Virus record (IMG/VR): IMGVR_UViG_3300025732_000021
Span: 1 to 64,000 of that record
Reading direction: 5' to 3' (one strand)
Source of the DNA: a virus
DNA: 64,000 nucleotides
Shown here: piece after piece, positions 10,947 through 19,896 of the stretch
Layout: each line of letters opens with the position of its first letter
Numbering within the stretch: position 1 is the first letter of the stretch
The notes under the pieces: generated by a model
What the model was told of the DNA's origin: nothing
Seen by the model: only the letters and a program-made list of their open reading frames with translations
Databases searched by the model: none
Program-made: the position numbers and the translations under genes

Positions 10947-11602
10947 ATTAAAGGAATCCAGTGTTGCTCTGCTGCATTTGCTTTAACTAGATATTCCAAC
11001 GGAATTATGTCATATGCAATAGTTATTCTTGGACCTTCCCAATCCCAGTCTGCCATAGCATGTTGATGACCCATCTCTGAAACTATTAACTTATTGTCAA
11101 TATTATTATGATCAACAACTTCTCCATATACATGATAATGTGTAATTGATGGTTCAGCCTTTACACTATAATAACCGTGAAAATTTGGAGCACCAGGTTG
11201 ACCGTGATCATGCCAGTCTAATTTACCCTTGCCTTTATGAGTAATATTAAACCATCCTTGAACCATAAAATTTTGCTCATCAAAGTTTATATCATAATAT
11301 TCACATGCTTCTTGAGTTGCACTTTTAACTGCTTTAAATACATTATAAATTTCTTTATTATGAAATTGAAAAACGTTATATTCTCTCCATTTAACTGTAG
11401 ATGTACTTCCAGATTTGGTCCAATATTCGTGACCTGCAGAACCTAAAGGCGTAACACCATCAATTTCTGCTTTTTCTATTTTTTCATATCTATCTGATAA
11501 AAAATTAACTAGACTATTTAAATCGTTGTTTAAATGACGTTCAAAAAATTTATGTGGTTTTGTACCAAATTTAGGAGTTGGCATCATACCTTGATTTTGC
11601 AT
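10943..11602 (-). CDS. 2OG-Fe(II)-oxygenase-like protein (paralog B)
   Basis: WHDH...FHGYY...HQH...RITIAYDI; clear tandem paralog of 10305..10946. Confidence 0.6.
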   Translation of the reverse strand: MQNQGMMPTPKFGTKPHKFFERHLNNDLNSLVNFLSDRYEKIEKAEIDGVTPLGSAGHEYWTKSGSTSTVKWREYNVFQFHNKEIYNVFKAVKSATQEACEYYDINFDEQNFMVQGWFNITHKGKGKLDWHDHGQPGAPNFHGYYSVKAEPSITHYHVYGEVVDHNNIDNKLIVSEMGHQHAMADWDWEGPRITIAYDIIPLEYLVKANAAEQHWIPLI

Positions 11603-11642
11603 TATTTTACCTCTCTACTGTATTACTACAGTATACCATGTT

Positions 11643-12839
11643 TTAACCCCAAGGAGCGAAGTTAAATGCTGGCGAGAATCCGAAAACGCCAAATGGCGAG
11701 AATCCGAACACACCGAATGGTGAAAATCCAAATACTCCGAATGGTGAAAATCCAAATACTGAGAATGGCGAGAATCCGAATACTGAGAATGGTGAAAATC
11801 CGAACACACCAAATGGTGAAAATCCGAATACTGAGAATGGTGTGAATGAAAATACACCAAATGGCGAGAATCCAAATACTGAGAACGGTGTAAACTGAAA
11901 CGTAGTTACTGATGGAGATGCAGAAGAATAATTTCCCCATCCATTAGCATTGTATGCTCTAACCTGATAAGTTTGAGAAGTTGCACCTTCCTGGTTAACG
12001 CTTACTGATGTAGATGCAGTTTCTCCAGATTTGCTATCTGAAGATGTCCACCCATAATTACTTATAGCCTTACCACCATTTGCAGGAGCAACCCAAGATA
12101 CTGTATCTGTTGTTGTTCCAGCAACGTTAACTCCAGCAGAAGGTGTTGGAGAAGAAACGCTTGGGGCAGCAGGAGTATCTGGAACTGTTGTTATTGTAAC
12201 TGAGCCAGATGCTGAAGATGCCAGAGATGTACCATTGGCATTAGTTGCAGTTACAGTAAAAGTAGGAGTTGCTCCAGCAGCAAATCCACCAACTGTTATT
12301 GGAGAAGTTGCTCCTTGCACTGAAGTACCAGAACTTGGTATTGCTGTATATGTGCTTAAAGCCTTTCCACCAGTTGCTCCACCAGTAAATTGAACTGATG
12401 CAGCACCATTATTCCATGCTCTTCCAGTTCCAACATCTGTCGCAGAAACTCCAGATGGGGCCTGTGGAACAGTTGTTGCAGTTACAGAAGATGAAACTAC
12501 TGGCTGAGAAGATCCTGATGCATTATTTGCTACAACAGAAAATGTATAAGATACTCCAGATGCTAATCCCTGAAATGTATAAGATGTATTACTTGTTGTA
12601 ACTGTATAAGTTGAAGGAGAAGAAGTAATGGTATAAGATAATGCTGAAGCAGATCCTGCTGGTTGTGTCCAAGATAAGGATACAGCACCACCAGTGTTGG
12701 CTGCAGAGGCTTCAGATGTAGTATTTGCTGTTGCTAGATATGGACGGTTTGTTCCAACATCAGAAGCGCTTAATGATGCTACATCGTTTGGCCAGGTTAT
12801 TGCACCTGATATCTTGCCGAGTCTCTTATTTGTTGCCAT
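11643..12839 (-). CDS. Fibronectin type III repeat virion protein with a C-terminal Phe-rich repeat tail
   Basis: About three FN3 repeats (VSLSW...Y.F.V.A.N..G) followed by (F[ST]PF[SG]VF[GS])9 and FSPAFNFAPWG. Confidence 0.8.
   Translation of the reverse strand: MATNKRLGKISGAITWPNDVASLSASDVGTNRPYLATANTTSEASAANTGGAVSLSWTQPAGSASALSYTITSSPSTYTVTTSNTSYTFQGLASGVSYTFSVVANNASGSSQPVVSSSVTATTVPQAPSGVSATDVGTGRAWNNGAASVQFTGGATGGKALSTYTAIPSSGTSVQGATSPITVGGFAAGATPTFTVTATNANGTSLASSASGSVTITTVPDTPAAPSVSSPTPSAGVNVAGTTTDTVSWVAPANGGKAISNYGWTSSDSKSGETASTSVSVNQEGATSQTYQVRAYNANGWGNYSSASPSVTTFQFTPFSVFGFSPFGVFSFTPFSVFGFSPFGVFGFSPFSVFGFSPFSVFGFSPFGVFGFSPFGVFGFSPFGVFGFSPAFNFAPWG
11679..11894 (-). repeat. Nine 24-bp coding tandem repeats (8-aa unit FSPFGVFG)
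   Basis: Units counted in the translation; third codon positions vary between copies. Confidence 0.9.
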
Positions 12840-12867
12840 TATTCTTCTCCTTTATTATTAATATTTA

Positions 12868-15108
12868 TTAGGCAGTTGCAAGGTCTCCAATTAAGACCCA
12901 TGTATTTGCTGCTCTCTTAAATAATGTTGCTGCAGACCATTGTGCACGTAGATATGCTCCAGGTGTTGAATTTACAGTAACACCAGATGCTCCTACGACA
13001 CGTACTCCGCCTGTATTAGTTCTTAAAATATCAATTGATGTTCCTACTGGGAAGTTTAATGTAGCATCAGTTGGTACTGTAATATCTACTGCAGTTCCTC
13101 CAGTATGAGAAACCTCAATCATATTATCTCTTTCAGTAAGAGCACCTAATGTATAGGCTGCTGATTTCTGAAGAATAGTTGTTCTAGATGGTACGCCTTC
13201 CTTTGTCTGTGTACCATCTGTAAATGCTACTCCAGATGCTGCAACTGTTACAGTTCCTGTAAATGTTGGAGAAGCGGTAGGAGCCTTTGCATCTAATTGT
13301 GTTTGAATTGCTGAAGTAACTCCATCAAGATATCCAATTTCTGTATCTGAAACTCCAGATACTCTATATTGAACAGTTGATGAGTCTACAGAAAGTGTAC
13401 CTGGTGTACTTTCTGTCAAACCAGTTCCAGCAGTTACAGCCTTTGCTGCATTGAATGCTGAATATGTAATATTTGTTGTACCGATAGTAATTGCTGATGT
13501 ATTAGAGCAAACATATCCATAACCTGCGTTTACTGTACCCTCAAGAACTAGGGAGAAATCTCCTCCTGCTAACTCTCCTGAAGGTGTATTATCAGCATCT
13601 GTTGCTCTTGTCCAAGGACCTGAAGCAACTACATAAATACCATTTGTCTTTTGATCTGTTTGATCCTTAACAAGTACACGATCACCAGCAACTACTGATA
13701 CTCCATCAATTGTTTGAGTTCCACTAAGTGTAATGTTTCCTGTTGTAGCAACACGAACTGGCTGATGGAAATTAATTCCTGCAGTTACATTATCTACATA
13801 TGCCTTTGTTGCTGCATGTGCATCTTGTGTTGGTGCACCTGAAAGTGTAAGTGCTCCTGTCATTGTTCCGCCAGAAAGTGATAACTTAGCATCTAATGCT
13901 GTTTGTGTAGCAGTAGAAACTGGCTTATTGGCATCTGATATATTATCTACGTTACCAAGGCCAACCATTGACTTAGATACACCAGAAACTGTTCCAGTAA
14001 ATGTTGGTGAAGCAATTGGAGCATAAGTTGATGCTGCTGTTGAAGAATTCAACTTATCATTTAATTGTCCCTGTACTGAAGATGTTACTCCATCTACATA
14101 ACCTATTTCTGTGGCAGATACTGTTGAAGATATTGCTAACTTTGTCCAATCAATTGCTGCAGATGCATTAATATCTGCATTTACAATTGCGCCGTCTGCA
14201 ATCTTTGCAGATGTAACTGCTCCATCAACAATTTTTGCTTCTGATACAGTGTTATCCGTTGGAGTTCTTGTATCAGATAATCTTGAATCGTTTGTGTATA
14301 CAAGATTTGATGTATTAGAAATACCATGTACATCTGTTGTGTCTGAATTATGTGTTGATACAGCAGTGTCTGCATGTGTTTCTGCTGCAGACTGTGCAGT
14401 AGATACATCAGAAGTTGTTGCTAAAACTGATGTGTCTGCAATACCATGTACGTCTAATGTATCATCATTGTGATTTCCAATTTGAGTTCCTATAGCAGTA
14501 TTTCTATCTGTTACTTCAGTTGAAATTGCATCATCAATTGCTGCATCTCTGTTTGTTACTTCAAGATCGATTGCATCATTGATTGCTTGGTTTCTATTAG
14601 TTACTTCAAGATCGACTGCATCATTAATTGCTTGATTTCTATTTGATACTTCGGTTGTAATTGCATCAGAGATTGCATCATTTCTGTCTCCAACTTCAGT
14701 TGTTATTGCTGAATTAATTGCATCATTTCTATTTATTACTTCTGTATCAATAGCATCTGATAAATCATTAACATAAACTAGGTTTGCTGTATCAGAAATA
14801 CCATGAACGCTAGTTGTTTCATTGTTGTGATCCTCTATATACTGTGTTAGTTCAGCATCTAATGCTACTCCCTGTGGAATTAATGCAATATCAATCATTC
14901 CATTTGCATTAAGGGTTACAATTCCACCTACTCCATCAAGACCGTCTAAATTTTTAAAATAGGAGAGAGCAGACCATGCCGAAGACCCGTTTCCAATTTT
15001 GAACTGGTTGGTATCGGTTTCAAATCCGATTTCTCCTGCTGCTAAAGTTGGATTCGCTGCAGTCCATTGTGCTGCGGTTCCTCTGCGCTGTTGCATTCTT
15101 GTTGCCAT
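12868..15108 (-). CDS. Tail fibre protein with Mtd-N-like N-terminus
   Basis: MATRMQQRRGTAAQW...GEIGFETDT..FKIGNG N-terminus; 15-aa coiled-coil repeats (AI..EV.NRN); three HN..T..VHGI.DT motifs; C-terminal ATLFKRAANTWVLIGDL. Confidence 0.8.
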   Translation of the reverse strand: MATRMQQRRGTAAQWTAANPTLAAGEIGFETDTNQFKIGNGSSAWSALSYFKNLDGLDGVGGIVTLNANGMIDIALIPQGVALDAELTQYIEDHNNETTSVHGISDTANLVYVNDLSDAIDTEVINRNDAINSAITTEVGDRNDAISDAITTEVSNRNQAINDAVDLEVTNRNQAINDAIDLEVTNRDAAIDDAISTEVTDRNTAIGTQIGNHNDDTLDVHGIADTSVLATTSDVSTAQSAAETHADTAVSTHNSDTTDVHGISNTSNLVYTNDSRLSDTRTPTDNTVSEAKIVDGAVTSAKIADGAIVNADINASAAIDWTKLAISSTVSATEIGYVDGVTSSVQGQLNDKLNSSTAASTYAPIASPTFTGTVSGVSKSMVGLGNVDNISDANKPVSTATQTALDAKLSLSGGTMTGALTLSGAPTQDAHAATKAYVDNVTAGINFHQPVRVATTGNITLSGTQTIDGVSVVAGDRVLVKDQTDQKTNGIYVVASGPWTRATDADNTPSGELAGGDFSLVLEGTVNAGYGYVCSNTSAITIGTTNITYSAFNAAKAVTAGTGLTESTPGTLSVDSSTVQYRVSGVSDTEIGYLDGVTSAIQTQLDAKAPTASPTFTGTVTVAASGVAFTDGTQTKEGVPSRTTILQKSAAYTLGALTERDNMIEVSHTGGTAVDITVPTDATLNFPVGTSIDILRTNTGGVRVVGASGVTVNSTPGAYLRAQWSAATLFKRAANTWVLIGDLATA

Positions 15109-15171
15109 ATTTTTATTCTCTCCTTATGGTATTTCTACCAGTTTATTTCTGTGCTAATTATAACATCAATT

Positions 15172-15627
15172 TTAATTGAAGTTATCTACTGCACTTCCTC
15201 CATCAAATACGATTGTCCATTCTGTTGTAGATGGTCCACCCGCATCTAAACCTGCACCTTGTGGGCTATTAAAACTTGCACCGTCATAAAATTGAGATAC
15301 GATAAAACCAGTTCCATCAATTGCTGTATCGTGAATATGCTGTGGAAGATTTTGTGTATCATCAATAGTTGCCTGTGTATACCACACGCCATTATAATAA
15401 AAGTTAACCCTATTTGTAAGGGTATCTAACCATTGAGTTCCATTATTTGGTGATGAGGGAGCGGTAGACCCTACGGCCATAGACCCAGTTAGTGAGTCTA
15501 CATATTCTTTGGTGGCTGCATGATTATTTTCTGTAGGATTTGCTACAACTACAGCACCTCCAAAGGTACCGCCGTTATTTACGACAAGCCCATTCTTGAC
15601 TTTAAAATCTTTGTCTACTGTTGCCAA
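15172..15627 (-). CDS. Virion structural protein
   Basis: Shares the N-terminus MATV.KDFKVKNGL with 15658..17523; contains the ATKEYVD fibre motif. Confidence 0.65.
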   Translation of the reverse strand: MATVDKDFKVKNGLVVNNGGTFGGAVVVANPTENNHAATKEYVDSLTGSMAVGSTAPSSPNNGTQWLDTLTNRVNFYYNGVWYTQATIDDTQNLPQHIHDTAIDGTGFIVSQFYDGASFNSPQGAGLDAGGPSTTEWTIVFDGGSAVDNFN

Positions 15628-15657
15628 GATCTACCACTCCCTCTTTTTATTTATTTT

Positions 15658-17523
15658 TTATACTAAAAGTGTTCCAACAACAGAAACTGTTGAGTTATTG
15701 TTGTCAGTTGTTACACGAAGGCGTACATCTGAACCGTTTACATCTGCTGAAACAGATCCAAGTGAGCCATTTGTTCCTACCATCGCATACTCTGTAATTG
15801 CAATGTTGTTTGATGTATCAAGGGTAAGAATTACCTTTGAAACTTCAGTATGTGTACCCTGAGCAATCTTAACAAGGAATTCAGCAGACTTATAATCTGC
15901 TACAGCCCATGAGACTGCTGTGTTTGTGCTTGCAGTTCCAACAAGTGCAGATGCTGCAACCTGCTTTGCTACAGATGCAATTTCTACTGCAGGGAAGTTA
16001 GGTGTGACTGCCTCAAGAGCAGATACTGCACGAGCATCTGTAAAGTAAAGATTATTATCTCCCTCTACAAGATCATCTGTTGTTGAATCTGCAACACCGT
16101 TTTCTGCGGTAATTGTAAGATTATCTGATCCATCCTTTGTAATTATAATGTTTGTCTTAGTAGCATTTGCAAGAAGAGTTGCTGCTTCTGCCTTTGCACG
16201 GGCTGCAGTGTAATAAAGGTTTGTACCCTCTTCAATGTCAGATGTTGTAAGAGCATTAATTGCATTATTAATTGCATTATTACGGTCAGTTACTTCGTCA
16301 GCAACTAAGTCATCTGCGTAAGACTTTGCATTCTGCTCTGCAGTTAATGCTACACCATTAGCGTATCCTTCGTATGCGGATGTAATTGCAATTTCACGAG
16401 CATCTGTATGTGCAATTGCTGCATCTTCTGCATCTTGTGCAACACCTTCTGCATATAACTTTGTAGCAGTAACATTTGTATCAATTTCAAATGTTGAACC
16501 ATCAAGAGTTAAACCATTACCAGCAAGGTATGTACCTTGACCTGAGAACTGTGTCCAATCCTGACCTGAGAATGCTGTTAAGTAATGATCAGCCTGTACC
16601 CATGCTGTTGAAGCATAGTTATCTCCTTCCATTACGAATACTGCTGCGCCAACTAATTCAGAATAAGCATCTGCATCTGCTGGGCGAGAAAGTGTGTATG
16701 AACCACCAGTTATAGACATTTCGTAGATACCGTTTTCGGAATCTGTTGACTGTCCCTTCAAAAGAACACGGTATCCATCAGATACTGTGTGGTTATCAAT
16801 TGATAGTGGTGTAGAACCAGATAAAGCAATATTTGATGTTGCAAGAACATTTACTGCTTGCTTCCAGTTAAGACCAGAAGATAGTCCGTCTGCATATGCC
16901 TTAGCATTATTTTCTGCTGTTGTGGCTGCTGCATCAGCGTAACTGTTTGAACGAGTTACTTCTGCAGCAATCTCATCATCTGTATAATCTTTTGCGTTTT
17001 GTTCTGCTGCATTTGCTTTTGTTGTAGCATCTGATGCTGCGTCTGCAATTGCATCATTCTTAGCAAGAAGAATTGCTGCATCACGAGCAGCAACTTCGTC
17101 AGAGATTTCTCCGTCTGTGTATTGCTGTGCTGCAAGAATTGCGTCTGCTTCTGCATCTGCTGCGGAGCCAATTGTGTCCCACAAACCAGTGTTTGCAGTT
17201 ACTGCTCTTGCATCTGTAAAATATTTATTTGATGCACCTTCTGAAAGGTCATCTGTGTCATGGTTTGAAATATCTGATACTTGACCAGTTACATCACCAA
17301 CAAGGTCTGCTGTGATTTCTCCAGCAGCGAAGTTGCCTGAACCATCACGCTTTACAACTGCGTCTGGTGTATTTGTTGAGGTGGCTGTTCCACCAATAAG
17401 ACCAATAATATAATTTTGGTCATCTACTTTCTTTGTAAGAATATCTTGACCGTCGATGGTACCTGTTGTGCCTTCAACAATAAGACCATTCTTTACTTTA
17501 AAGTCTTTTGTTACTGTTGCCAT
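15658..17523 (-). CDS. Tail fibre / virion structural protein
   Basis: Three DDL.EG..NLYFTDARA-type repeats; RVLLKGQ...ENGIY motif shared with the 746-aa fibre. Confidence 0.7.
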   Translation of the reverse strand: MATVTKDFKVKNGLIVEGTTGTIDGQDILTKKVDDQNYIIGLIGGTATSTNTPDAVVKRDGSGNFAAGEITADLVGDVTGQVSDISNHDTDDLSEGASNKYFTDARAVTANTGLWDTIGSAADAEADAILAAQQYTDGEISDEVAARDAAILLAKNDAIADAASDATTKANAAEQNAKDYTDDEIAAEVTRSNSYADAAATTAENNAKAYADGLSSGLNWKQAVNVLATSNIALSGSTPLSIDNHTVSDGYRVLLKGQSTDSENGIYEMSITGGSYTLSRPADADAYSELVGAAVFVMEGDNYASTAWVQADHYLTAFSGQDWTQFSGQGTYLAGNGLTLDGSTFEIDTNVTATKLYAEGVAQDAEDAAIAHTDAREIAITSAYEGYANGVALTAEQNAKSYADDLVADEVTDRNNAINNAINALTTSDIEEGTNLYYTAARAKAEAATLLANATKTNIIITKDGSDNLTITAENGVADSTTDDLVEGDNNLYFTDARAVSALEAVTPNFPAVEIASVAKQVAASALVGTASTNTAVSWAVADYKSAEFLVKIAQGTHTEVSKVILTLDTSNNIAITEYAMVGTNGSLGSVSADVNGSDVRLRVTTDNNNSTVSVVGTLLV

Positions 17524-17538
17524 TTTTTATCTCCTTAT

Positions 17539-17985
17539 TTATGCCTTAAGTCCAATTCGTGCATAACGAACTGTGACTGGCTTAATTGTTGGGTCTGGAG
17601 TAACAGTTAACGAAACTGTGCTTCCTACCCTAGAGACGCTAATGGTGCCAATATTCCCATCATTGTCTATCGTGCCATACTCAGAAACGTTTACATTTGT
17701 ACCGTCTACCAAGATGGTCAACTCTGTTGCATAAAACTTATTGTCTCCTGCTGTTGTTTTAGCAATAGAAACAATATATTTAACCATTCGCCACTCTGTG
17801 GCATCAAAATTATCAATCACTGTGGCATTCTCAATACCAGTAATTGTATTTTCATTATTACCCATTGTCCCAAGATCTGTGGAACGTGCTGAGGTTGAGT
17901 CAATTAAATCTTCATAATCCTGTTGTGTAGGACGATCACCAGTTTGAAATTTGGTTTTTAGTGTTGGAACTGAGATTTTTGCCAT
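17539..17985 (-). CDS. Virion structural protein
   Basis: KFQTGDRPTQQDYEDLIDS motif; C-terminal domain resembles that of 15658..17523. Confidence 0.65.
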   Translation of the reverse strand: MAKISVPTLKTKFQTGDRPTQQDYEDLIDSTSARSTDLGTMGNNENTITGIENATVIDNFDATEWRMVKYIVSIAKTTAGDNKFYATELTILVDGTNVNVSEYGTIDNDGNIGTISVSRVGSTVSLTVTPDPTIKPVTVRYARIGLKA

Positions 17986-18014
17986 GTGCCTATTATAACT
18001 CCTTTTTTATATTT

Positions 18015-18236
18015 TTAAAGAATCCAGTTACTAAAACCAATTACCTGTAATGGAATTGGAGGGGGATTAGAAGCACTGTATCCTTCAATTTGTATAGACT
18101 TAAATCTTACTCTAAATGGTAAGTCACTTTTTATTGTTACTGTAGGAGAAATTAAACTTATTTGTTTTACAGAATAATCTATTGGTTTTATATACTTTGT
18201 TTTATGTTGTAGGTTTGATAGTGTTGCTGTTGCCAT
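18015..18236 (-). CDS. Hypothetical protein
   Basis: Start overlaps the stop of the upstream gene. Confidence 0.6.
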   Translation of the reverse strand: MATATLSNLQHKTKYIKPIDYSVKQISLISPTVTIKSDLPFRVRFKSIQIEGYSASNPPPIPLQVIGFSNWIL

Positions 18237-18640
18237 TAATCAGTTACATCTTCAAGAATCTTCATACTACCCTGAGCGACTGTCCAGACTCTTGTAGCAT
18301 CTGATAACTGAATATCAAAGATGTCTCCAGTTTGTAAAATAAAAGATTCTGAAGAAGTTAGCCAAACAGTAAACTCTCCAATTAAATCATCTGCATCTGC
18401 TGCTGGATTTAATTCCATAATTAATGTTGCATCATCTGTAATAATGCCTAAGTCAGCAGAATTATTTGGTCTTTTAATTTTCATATTAATATTCCAATCT
18501 GGAATTATTAAAGGCTGTCCAGCATCATCAACAACGTAAACTTTAAAACCAGAGGTATCTCCACGAACTACAGTCCAAATAACTGTTGGTGGTTTTTCAC
18601 CTATATCATATGAAGAAGCGGATCCACGATATGTTGCCAT
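18236..18640 (-). CDS. Putative baseplate/BppU-N-like structural protein
   Basis: WTVVRGDT...FDIQ pattern, also seen in 23222..23656 and 25301..25699. Confidence 0.5.
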   Translation of the reverse strand: MATYRGSASSYDIGEKPPTVIWTVVRGDTSGFKVYVVDDAGQPLIIPDWNINMKIKRPNNSADLGIITDDATLIMELNPAADADDLIGEFTVWLTSSESFILQTGDIFDIQLSDATRVWTVAQGSMKILEDVTD

Positions 18641-18657
18641 GTGTTGATTATATCATA

Positions 18658-19209
18658 TTAGGCTAATCCAGCCTTCAATGCTCCCCAAGTTCCATTTCCT
18701 TTTGATGAAATAACTATTACTCCATTATTTACAGATCTAATTGCAACAACTCCTATTGCGCCACCAACTGCTTCTGTTGTTAATGATCCATTTGAGTCTA
18801 CATATAAAATATCTCCAGGGTTATAAGAACTTGTATTTAGTCCATAATATGAAAGAACACCAGAAGTTACAACTTCTCCAACTCCACCATTTGCATTAAT
18901 TGTTCCATTTGTTAATCCTAATAATGGATAATTATCTGAAAAATTAGATGTAAATGGTTTTATTATTGTTCTACCATCGTATTGTCCAATTAAATTAGAA
19001 CCATCTAGATATGTAGCAGCATATACTGGTGTTGCTCCAGAAATATTTTCTGTTGTTTTATTAATAACTTTTATTCTAACATTTGATGCATCTAATGATT
19101 CTAGTGCAGTTTCTACAGAATCCGCTAATTTTTTAATATCATTGTGTACATTTACAGAGTCTGTTGCCTCTGGAAATTTTAATCCATACGTTTCTGTTAT
19201 ATCTGCCAT
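18658..19209 (-). CDS. Virion structural protein
   Basis: YGLKFPEATD.V.V..DIKKLA N-terminus typical of fibre or cement proteins; TGATATAAT just upstream. Confidence 0.55.
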   Translation of the reverse strand: MADITETYGLKFPEATDSVNVHNDIKKLADSVETALESLDASNVRIKVINKTTENISGATPVYAATYLDGSNLIGQYDGRTIIKPFTSNFSDNYPLLGLTNGTINANGGVGEVVTSGVLSYYGLNTSSYNPGDILYVDSNGSLTTEAVGGAIGVVAIRSVNNGVIVISSKGNGTWGALKAGLA

Positions 19210-19312
19210 AAAGTTAATTATATCATTATTTGACTATTTGATGTAAACTATGTTATACTAAGAAATGTCAAGCACCCCTAAAAAGGTGTTTTTCGTTTCT
19301 AAGGAGGAAACT

Positions 19313-19873
19313 ATGATTAACTTTATGTATAATAACAAAAGAATCATTGGTACACTCAGCATCATGGCTATGTTTACCATATGGTCAAACATTGCTAATG
19401 CTTCTGAAAACCGATTAAACGATAGTAATATCGTGCTGGGAGAAACAATAGAGGCCACGGAAGTGGCCGAAAGTGTTTCTGAGGCTAAAGAAGATCAGTT
19501 AGAAAAATATAAAAGTGCTATAAATCTATCTGACAAAGATCTTAAAAATCTACTATCTTTAGTAGGATTTGAAGGTCAAAATCTTAAGGAGGCGTGGGCA
19601 ATTGCCAAGAAAGAATCTGGCGGTAGACCATTAGCCCTTAACAACAGTAAAAGAACTGGTGATAGTTCTTATGGCTTATTTCAAATAAATATGATTGGTG
19701 ACCTTGGTCCTGACCGTAGAGATAAGTTTAACTTAGAATCAAATGTTGAGTTATTTAATCCAGTATTAAATGCTGAAGTTGCATTCTATATGTCAAAAGG
19801 TGGAAAAGATTGGAGTTCCTGGAAAGGATTAACTCCAAGAACATTAGAACTTATGAAAAAGTTCCCAAATTAA
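19313..19873 (+). CDS. Lytic transglycosylase (SLT/lysozyme-like) with an N-terminal signal-like segment
   Basis: AIAKKESGG (catalytic Glu), SYGLFQINM, W.SW; AAGGAGG SD before ATG 19313; TTGACT-18-TATACT promoter at about 19230-19259. Confidence 0.85.
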   Translation: MINFMYNNKRIIGTLSIMAMFTIWSNIANASENRLNDSNIVLGETIEATEVAESVSEAKEDQLEKYKSAINLSDKDLKNLLSLVGFEGQNLKEAWAIAKKESGGRPLALNNSKRTGDSSYGLFQINMIGDLGPDRRDKFNLESNVELFNPVLNAEVAFYMSKGGKDWSSWKGLTPRTLELMKKFPN

Positions 19874-19896
19874 ATAATTGTGCCTTGGGGGTATTT

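Noticed and set aside
11679-11894. 24-bp and 27-bp tandem repeats (also 19900-20350) considered as CRISPR arrays
   Set aside because: No unique spacers, the repeats are in frame with third-position variation, and no cas genes are present.
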